Source: Vicinamibacteria bacterium
GTDB lineage: Bacteria > Acidobacteriota > Vicinamibacteria > Marinacidobacterales > Marinacidobacteraceae
Assembly (NCBI GenBank): GCA_963668695.2
Contig: CAXXLQ010000004.1
Span: forward strand, 2,720,001 to 2,784,000
DNA: 64,000 bases
Direction: 5' to 3'
A model generated the notes under the pieces. That model did no database searches and was not told the origin of the DNA. It saw nothing but the letters and a program-made list of their open reading frames with translations. Below are positions 57,814-64,000 of this stretch, piece after piece. Both the position numbers and the translations under genes were made by a program. Numbering within the stretch: position 1 is the first letter of the stretch; the number at the start of each line of letters is the position of its first letter.

Positions 57814-58404
57814 GTGACTTCCGATCCGGTGGAGCGACCGAGGCCGCACATCCTCGCGGTCTGGGTGGAGGACCTTCCCGGGGTCCTGAACCGCGTCACC
57901 TCGCTCTTCCGGCGCCGCGGCTTCAACATCGAGTCGCTCACCGTCGGACCCGCGCGAGCCCCGGGGGTGTCCCGGATGACGATCGTGCTGCGGGCGGACC
58001 CGACGGCCGCGCGCCGGATGCTGGTCCAGCTTTCCCGTCTCGTCAACGTGCTGCGCATCGACGAGATTACGAACGAGCCCACGATCCGCCACGAGCTGGC
58101 CATGTTCAAGGTCTCGGCCGCCCCCGAGGAACGCTCCCAGGTGATCCATTTGGCGGGTGCTATCGGGGCCCGCCTGGTGGATATCGCGCCAGGGTCGGTG
58201 GTGATCGAGGCCACCGCTTCGCCGCAAAAGATTGATGGGCTCGCCGAAGTGCTGCGCCCCTACGGGATCCTGGAACAGGTTCGCACCGGAATGGTCGGGA
58301 TGGCGCGGGGCGCTGCGAGCGTCATGACCGACCCGGATGCCCGGAATCCACCGAAACGCCGGATCTCGCGGGACGAGGACGACGGCGGATCGCAGTCCGT
58401 TTAA
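57814..58404 (+). CDS. ilvN: Acetolactate synthase small subunit
   Basis: PGVLNRV..LFRRRGFNIESL.VG, SRMTI, RTG. Confidence 0.93.
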   Translation: MTSDPVERPRPHILAVWVEDLPGVLNRVTSLFRRRGFNIESLTVGPARAPGVSRMTIVLRADPTAARRMLVQLSRLVNVLRIDEITNEPTIRHELAMFKVSAAPEERSQVIHLAGAIGARLVDIAPGSVVIEATASPQKIDGLAEVLRPYGILEQVRTGMVGMARGAASVMTDPDARNPPKRRISRDEDDGGSQSV

Positions 58405-58587
58405 CAGCCTGTGGCGAAACCCAGGCGGCGTTCGGCCGGCGATCCATCCCGGCTGAACCGCGTCGCTTTGCGCCGCTCATCGTTGCGTTTCGGTCGCAAT
58501 ACACCAGGTATTCCTCCCTCACGCGCCTTGTCAGCCGGGCGCCTCCCCGGCCTCGGCGCTCACCCGGGTTCCACCACAGGCCGTTAG
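58401..58587 (+). mobile_element. MITE family A, basic 183-bp unit
   Basis: TTAA-CAGCCTGTGG...CCACAGGCCG-TTAG; left flank is the ilvN stop. Confidence 0.88.
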
Positions 58588-58707
58588 GATTTTCTCAGCA
58601 GCGAAGGCAGACTCTCCCTTTCTTGTCACGCCCGCGGTTTGCGGGCGCCTTTGACGCAACGTTTTCCGGCGAAATGGACGCTTCGCCGCCCCCGGAGGAT
58701 CTCTTCC

Positions 58708-59721
58708 ATGGCCACCATTTACTACGACGACGCGGCGGATCTCGAACTGATCCGCAGCAAGAAGGTTGCCGTCTTCGGCTACGGCTCGCAGGGCCACGCG
58801 CATGCCCTCAACCTCCGCGACAGCGGCGTCGAGGTGCGGATTGCGCTCCACGCCGGGAGCCGCTCCCGCGCCCGGGCGGAAGCCGAAGGACTCACCGTGC
58901 TCTCGGGAAGCGAAGCGGCGGCCTGGGCCGACGTCATCGTCCTGCTGACTCCGGACACCACCCAGGCGGGGATCTACGAGGAGCAGGTGGCGCCGCATCT
59001 GGCGCCCGGCAAGACGCTCATGTTCGCCCACGGCTTCAACATCCGGTTCGGCACGATCCAGCCACCGGCGCAGATAGACGTTTCCCTTATCGCACCGAAG
59101 GCGCCGGGTCACCGGGTCCGCGAACTGTTCATCGAGGGCGGCGGGACTCCGGCCCTCGTTGCCGTCGAGCAGGACGCTTCGGGGAGCGCGTTGGCGCTCG
59201 CCCTCTCCTATGCCCGGGGGGTCGGCCTCACCCGCGCCGGAGTGATCGAGACCACGTTCGCGGAAGAGACCGAGACCGACCTCTTCGGAGAGCAGAGCGT
59301 CCTCTGCGGCGGAGTCAGCGAACTCGTCAAGGCGGGCTTCGACACGCTGGTGTCCGCCGGATACCAGCCGGAGATCGCCTACTTCGAATGCCTCCACGAA
59401 CTCAAGCTGATCGTGGACCTGATGTACCGCGGCGGCCTCAACTACATGCGCTACTCGGTCAGCGACACCGCCGAACACGGCGACTACCACGGCGGCCGCC
59501 AGATCGTCACCGAGGAGACCCGCGAAGCGATGCGAAAGATCCTCGAGGACGTGCGGAGCGGCGCCTATGCCAAGGGCTGGATCGATGAAGATCGGGAGGG
59601 CCGACCCAACTTCATGGCGCGCCGGCGGGAAGAACAGGAGCACCAGATCGAAACGGTCGGCGCCGAGCTGCGGCGGATGATGCCCTTCCTGGACGCCGTC
59701 ACCCTCAAGGAGTCCGTCTGA
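58708..59721 (+). CDS. ilvC: Ketol-acid reductoisomerase
   Basis: [37 protein letters not shown]; GGAGG RBS. Confidence 0.97.
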   Translation: MATIYYDDAADLELIRSKKVAVFGYGSQGHAHALNLRDSGVEVRIALHAGSRSRARAEAEGLTVLSGSEAAAWADVIVLLTPDTTQAGIYEEQVAPHLAPGKTLMFAHGFNIRFGTIQPPAQIDVSLIAPKAPGHRVRELFIEGGGTPALVAVEQDASGSALALALSYARGVGLTRAGVIETTFAEETETDLFGEQSVLCGGVSELVKAGFDTLVSAGYQPEIAYFECLHELKLIVDLMYRGGLNYMRYSVSDTAEHGDYHGGRQIVTEETREAMRKILEDVRSGAYAKGWIDEDREGRPNFMARRREEQEHQIETVGAELRRMMPFLDAVTLKESV

Positions 59722-59783
59722 TTCCGGAGTCCCCACTCCCCGCTTCCCCGTAACATCTCCGGTTTCGTCCGGGGAGGCGCGTC

Positions 59784-62411
59784 ATGCTGCGAGTCACGGT
59801 TTGTGCACTGCTGGTCCTTGGTCCGGGACTTTCTGGAAGCTTGGCCGAGGCGCAGGTGCCGGCGCCGGCGGATGTCCTCGGTTTCGAGCCCGGGGACGAC
59901 TACCAGCTCGCGCTGTGGGGAGAACTGACCCCCTACTACGAGCAGCTCGCGGCAGCGAGTGATCGGGTCGAACTCCGGCAGATCGGCGAAACCGTCCTCG
60001 GGAAGCCGCTTCTCGTCCTCTTCATCTCCTCACCGGAGAACCTCGCGGAGCTGGACCGGCACCGGGCGAATGCCCGCGCGCTGGCCCACGCAGCGATTCC
60101 GGAAGAGGAGGCGGTGCGCCTGTCCCGCGAAGGCAAGGCGGTCGTCTGGATTGACGCCGGACTGCATGCCACCGAGGTGGCGCCGGCGCAGATGATGCCG
60201 CTCCTCGCCCACCGGGTCGCCACCGAGGAATCGGAGGAGACGCGGAAGATCCGCGACGAGGTGATTCTCATCCTCATGCCCTCCATGAACCCCGACGGAC
60301 TCGACATCGTCGCGTCCTGGTACCGCCGGAACCTCAAGACCCCCTTCGAGACCACCCGGCCGCCCGAGCTCTACCACCACTACGTCGGGCACGACAACAA
60401 CCGGGACTGGTTCATGAACAACATGCCCGAGACGGCGGCGGTGAGCCGGGTCCTCTACCACGAGTGGTTCCCCCAGATCGTCTACAACCATCATCAGACG
60501 GGGCCGGCCTGGGCCCGGATCTTCCTGCCGCCCTTCGCGGACCCGGTGAATCCCAAGATCCATCCCGGAGTCACGACTGCGGTGAACCTGATCGGTTCGG
60601 CGATGGCGAACCGCTTCGCGATGAAGAAGATGCCGGGCGCGGTCTCGGACATGATCTACTCGATGTGGTGGAACGGGGGTATGCGCACCACCCCCTATTT
60701 CCACAACATGATCGGTCTGCTGACCGAGACTTCGCACGCCTCGGCGAGTCCGAGGATGTACGACCCCGAGGAACGCCCGGAGTTCGTCGGCAATCCCCGC
60801 CGGGGGCAGGCGGCTCCCACGAACGGCACGGATGTCTTCTATCCCTATCCCTGGCCCGGCGGGGAATCGTCCTTTTCCGATCCGGTCCGCTACACGCTCA
60901 CCGCTTCGATAGCGGTGCTGGACGTGGCGGCCGACCTTCGCGAGAAGTGGCTCTTCGACATCTGGCGAATGGGCCGCGACGCGATCGAGGGGAGCGATGC
61001 GAGCTGGATCGTGCCAGCCGACCAGTGGGACCCGGGGGAGGCCGCGGCGCTCGTGAACGTGCTTTATGACGGGGGCATCGCCATCGAGCGGGCGGAAGAA
61101 GCGTTCGAGATCGACGGAGAAACCTACGGCGAGGGCACCTACATCATCCCTGGAGCCCAGGCGTTTCGCGCGTATGCCGACGACCTGCTCGAGCCGCAGG
61201 AGTACCCCGACCGGCGTCGCACCCCCGACGGGCCGCCCGATCCCCCGTACGATCTGGCGGGCTGGACGCTGCCCATGCAGATGGGGGTGCGGGTGGATCG
61301 CGTCACGGAGGTTCCGGAGGTCGCATCCGCGCCGGTGGACGCTCCGGTTCGCGCCCCCGCGGGAGAAATCTCCCCAGGCGCTTCCTTCGGCTATGCGATT
61401 TCGCACCAGCCGAACGCCGCGGTGATTGCCCAGAACCGGCTGCTCGCTGCGGGCGCCGAGGTCTCCTGGGCCGTGGAGGAATTCCGCGACCAGGGGACCG
61501 ACTACCCGGCGGGCACCCTCGTCGTGCGTAAATCGGATCCCGCCGACGCCGCAATGGAAGGAATTGCCTCGGAGCTCGGCCTCGACGTTCGAGGGCTCGC
61601 CGACGCGCCCGGAGTGGAACTCCTCCCGCTGGAACCGGTGCGGGTGGGGCTCTACAAGTCGTACGTCGCGAGCATGGACGAGGGTTGGACCCGCTGGCTG
61701 CTCGAGAACTACGAATACGACCTCACCAGCCTTTCCGACGACGACGTGCGGACCGGCGACCTCTCGCGCCTGGACGTGATCGTCCTGCCGCACCAGACCC
61801 CGGAAGCCATCCTGCAGGGACACGCCCCAGGCACCATGCCGGACGAGTTCACCGGGGGCATTGGCCTTGAGGGATCGCTGGCGCTCAGCCGCTTCGTCGA
61901 GGAGGGCGGGATGCTGCTGACGCTCGACGGCGCGAGCGATTTCGCGATCGCCCAGTTCGGCCTTCCCCTGAAGAACGTCACCGCCGGGTTGGGCGACCGC
62001 CAGTTCTTCATCCCGGGCTCTCTTATCCGGGCCACGGTCGATACCTCCCACCCACTGGCCTTCGGGATGCGCGACGAAGTGGCGACCCAGTTCGTCAGCA
62101 GCCGGGCCTTCGACACCGTGAGCCTGCCGCGGACCCGTGAGGGGGGAGAAGAAACCACCATGGAGCCGCCCCCCGCCAACGTGGAAGCGATCGCTCACTA
62201 CGCCGAGGAGGACATCCTCATGAGCGGTTGGGCGCTCGGCGAGGAGGACGCGATCGGCGGCAAGATCGCCATGGCCCGGGTGCCGATGGGCGCGGGCGAG
62301 GTCGTGCTCTTCGGCTTCCGGCCCCAATTCCGGGGTCAGCCGCGCGGGACCTACAAGTTGTTCCTGAATGCGCTGAACGGCGCCACCGTGGAGGATCTCG
62401 GGGCGCGGTAG
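59784..62411 (+). CDS. M14-family zinc carboxypeptidase-like protein, secreted (paralog of 50412-53039)
   Basis: LHATE, MNPDG, YVGHDNNRD, NHHQ, MDEGWTRW. Confidence 0.88.
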   Translation: MLRVTVCALLVLGPGLSGSLAEAQVPAPADVLGFEPGDDYQLALWGELTPYYEQLAAASDRVELRQIGETVLGKPLLVLFISSPENLAELDRHRANARALAHAAIPEEEAVRLSREGKAVVWIDAGLHATEVAPAQMMPLLAHRVATEESEETRKIRDEVILILMPSMNPDGLDIVASWYRRNLKTPFETTRPPELYHHYVGHDNNRDWFMNNMPETAAVSRVLYHEWFPQIVYNHHQTGPAWARIFLPPFADPVNPKIHPGVTTAVNLIGSAMANRFAMKKMPGAVSDMIYSMWWNGGMRTTPYFHNMIGLLTETSHASASPRMYDPEERPEFVGNPRRGQAAPTNGTDVFYPYPWPGGESSFSDPVRYTLTASIAVLDVAADLREKWLFDIWRMGRDAIEGSDASWIVPADQWDPGEAAALVNVLYDGGIAIERAEEAFEIDGETYGEGTYIIPGAQAFRAYADDLLEPQEYPDRRRTPDGPPDPPYDLAGWTLPMQMGVRVDRVTEVPEVASAPVDAPVRAPAGEISPGASFGYAISHQPNAAVIAQNRLLAAGAEVSWAVEEFRDQGTDYPAGTLVVRKSDPADAAMEGIASELGLDVRGLADAPGVELLPLEPVRVGLYKSYVASMDEGWTRWLLENYEYDLTSLSDDDVRTGDLSRLDVIVLPHQTPEAILQGHAPGTMPDEFTGGIGLEGSLALSRFVEEGGMLLTLDGASDFAIAQFGLPLKNVTAGLGDRQFFIPGSLIRATVDTSHPLAFGMRDEVATQFVSSRAFDTVSLPRTREGGEETTMEPPPANVEAIAHYAEEDILMSGWALGEEDAIGGKIAMARVPMGAGEVVLFGFRPQFRGQPRGTYKLFLNALNGATVEDLGAR

Positions 62412-62441
62412 GTCGAACTGGCGTTAGAATCCGCGCTTTCT

Positions 62442-62708
62442 ATGGCCAGAATCTGCAAGTTGACCGGAAAGCGTCCTCTGTCGGGGAACTCCATCAGCCA
62501 TGCCCACAACAAGACGAGGCGGCGTCAGCTTCCCAACCTGCAGTGGAAATCCGTGTGGGTTCCGGAACTGGAGCGGTCCGTCAGGCTGCGCCTCACGACC
62601 AGCGCCCTTCGCACGATTGACAAGAAGGGTCTGATCACCTACCTGAAGGACGAGGGCCTGCGCCTCCGGGATGTCCTCCCGGCCCGCGCCCACTTCCGCA
62701 ACCTGTAA
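62442..62708 (+). CDS. rpmB: 50S ribosomal protein L28
   Basis: MARICKLTGKRP..GN.ISHAHNKTRRR..PNL. Confidence 0.95.
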   Translation: MARICKLTGKRPLSGNSISHAHNKTRRRQLPNLQWKSVWVPELERSVRLRLTTSALRTIDKKGLITYLKDEGLRLRDVLPARAHFRNL

Positions 62709-62755
62709 GGGTCGGTAGGGGCTCCCCCGACCGAGTAGAAGCACGGGGACGGCTT

Positions 62756-62863
62756 GGAACGCCGACCTCCGGTCGGCACCGCCCCGTGGAGCGGGGCGAA
62801 AGCGCGTATCGCCAATCCGCGGGAAGAACGGTCCGTAAGGGAACGCCAGACCTCCGGTCGGCA
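62756..62863. repeat. Two REP-like palindromes GGAACGCC(A)GACCTCCGGTCGGCA
   Basis: Copies at 62756-62779 and 62839-62863; related palindromes at about 5465, 21001, 21890-21932 and 35065. Confidence 0.65.
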
Positions 62864-63145
62864 TCGCGGCCTGCAGGGCCGTGAAACCATCTACTGCCAA
62901 TCCCCGCACGGACCGCGCGAGGTGGCAGTAGAACCGCGACTGGGAGGACACCAGACGTTCCGTTGCGCGAAGTTGCGGGACACGGGACGGCCGGTTTGGG
63001 TTCGCGGATGACTCAACGAGGTGTCGGAGCGACAAGACACGGTAGCAAGGAATACGAAGTTCCTGAACGGAAGCGGTGGCTTATCTGGTGTAAGGAAGGG
63101 AGGGGAATAGTCCGCTCTCGGGAAACGCCAATAGGAGGCAAAGCA

Positions 63146-64000
63146 ATGATGACAAACAGAGAAAAGCTCAAGACGGTTACACGAAGGCAACACTACGTCT
63201 GGCGCCACTACTTGGAGGCTTGGGCCGAGAGCAACAGAACGATTCGGGTCCTGCGCGAGGGCCGCAGTTTCGCTGCTGACCCGAAGAATGTAATGGTGCA
63301 GCGTGACTACTACCGAGTGCCGCAGATGACCGAGTCCGACCTTACTATCGTGGCTGGGCTAACGAGGACAGGGAACTCCGTGCTAGACGGTATGAATCTG
63401 AGATTGGCACGGCAGTTTGCCGCTATTGGAAGGGTGTCGTCCGTGATTCAGTCCCTCAGCGGGATATCAGATGACGACAAGAGGATGGCGGAAGCGACCG
63501 CGATCGAAGCGGAGGAGAATCTTCATGGTGCTATCGAACAAGAAGCGGTTTCTATGCTTGCCGAGTTGCGGGAGCAGGACGTTGATTTCTTGGAGAGTTC
63601 TGATGATGCAGCGGGCTTCTACCACTATTTGGCTCAACAGTATTTCCGCACGAAACGACGTCGAGAGCCGATTGCGAGAGTGTTGGAGGAAATGTCGGGT
63701 GACAGAAGCCACCTCAAGAATCTGGTGTGTCACCTTATGGCTGTGACGGTGGGCGGCCGCCTGTTCCGTGACCGGAGCGGGCTAGAGGTGCTGTTCTTGG
63801 AGAACGCAACGAATTCGGAACTCGTGACGGGAGATCAGCCCATCGTGAACCTATTGGGACGGATGGCGAGGAGTCGCCCACCGACCTGGCTCTGTACTAT
63901 CCGCTGACACCTGCTCTCGGGATGGTACTGGCTCCAGCGGGCTACCAGACTGCTGTCGTGGACACTACTGCTGTTCGGGAACTCAACGATTTGATCGCGT
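63146..64000 (+). CDS. DUF4238-like protein, lower GC, frameshift near 63860, runs off the window
   Basis: RRQHYVWRHYLEAW N-terminal motif, TGDQPI, and LYYPLTP in the shifted frame; AGGAGG RBS. Confidence 0.7.

Noticed and set aside
1-64000. Autonomous transposase, RAYT or reverse transcriptase for the repeats
   Set aside because: No ORF with DDE, HUH/Y1, DEDD or RT motifs was recognised; any mobilising enzyme must be encoded elsewhere.

Overview
This is a high-GC bacterial chromosomal window, probably from a metagenome assembly; the lineage cannot be determined from the sequence alone. The backbone is ordinary housekeeping and catabolic genes: tctCBA, pyk, cbs, ETF-QO, a LeuD-LeuC-type fusion, UGPase, sppA, mtgA, mscS, apt, rfbB, ilvBNC, rpmB, two tRNAs and many hydrolases/peptidases. 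Five toxin-antitoxin pairs (AbiE, Phd-PIN, HipBA, VapBC, MbcA-RES) and a DUF4238 gene are interspersed. The most unusual signal is a nested system of non-coding repeats. (1) A MITE family with CAGCC(T/G)GTGG...CCAC(C/G)ACAGGCTG ends and YTAR-like flanks occurs at 11 loci. Its basic unit is exactly 183 bp and open in one frame, and it or a relative sits in-frame inside two genes. (2) A 20-nt micro-insert, GCCCCCACCGGGAGAACTGG, occurs in about 26 copies, only inside these MITEs or inside short REP-like palindromes. It occupies five different MITE positions in both orientations, usually replaces 2 nt (net +18) and has no target duplication. Also notable: a helically phased 19-copy array downstream of tRNA-Val, a glycine-rich gene coupled to the MbcA-RES pair, cargo segments bounded by diverged duplicates of host gene fragments, and several single-base frameshifts that may be assembly errors.
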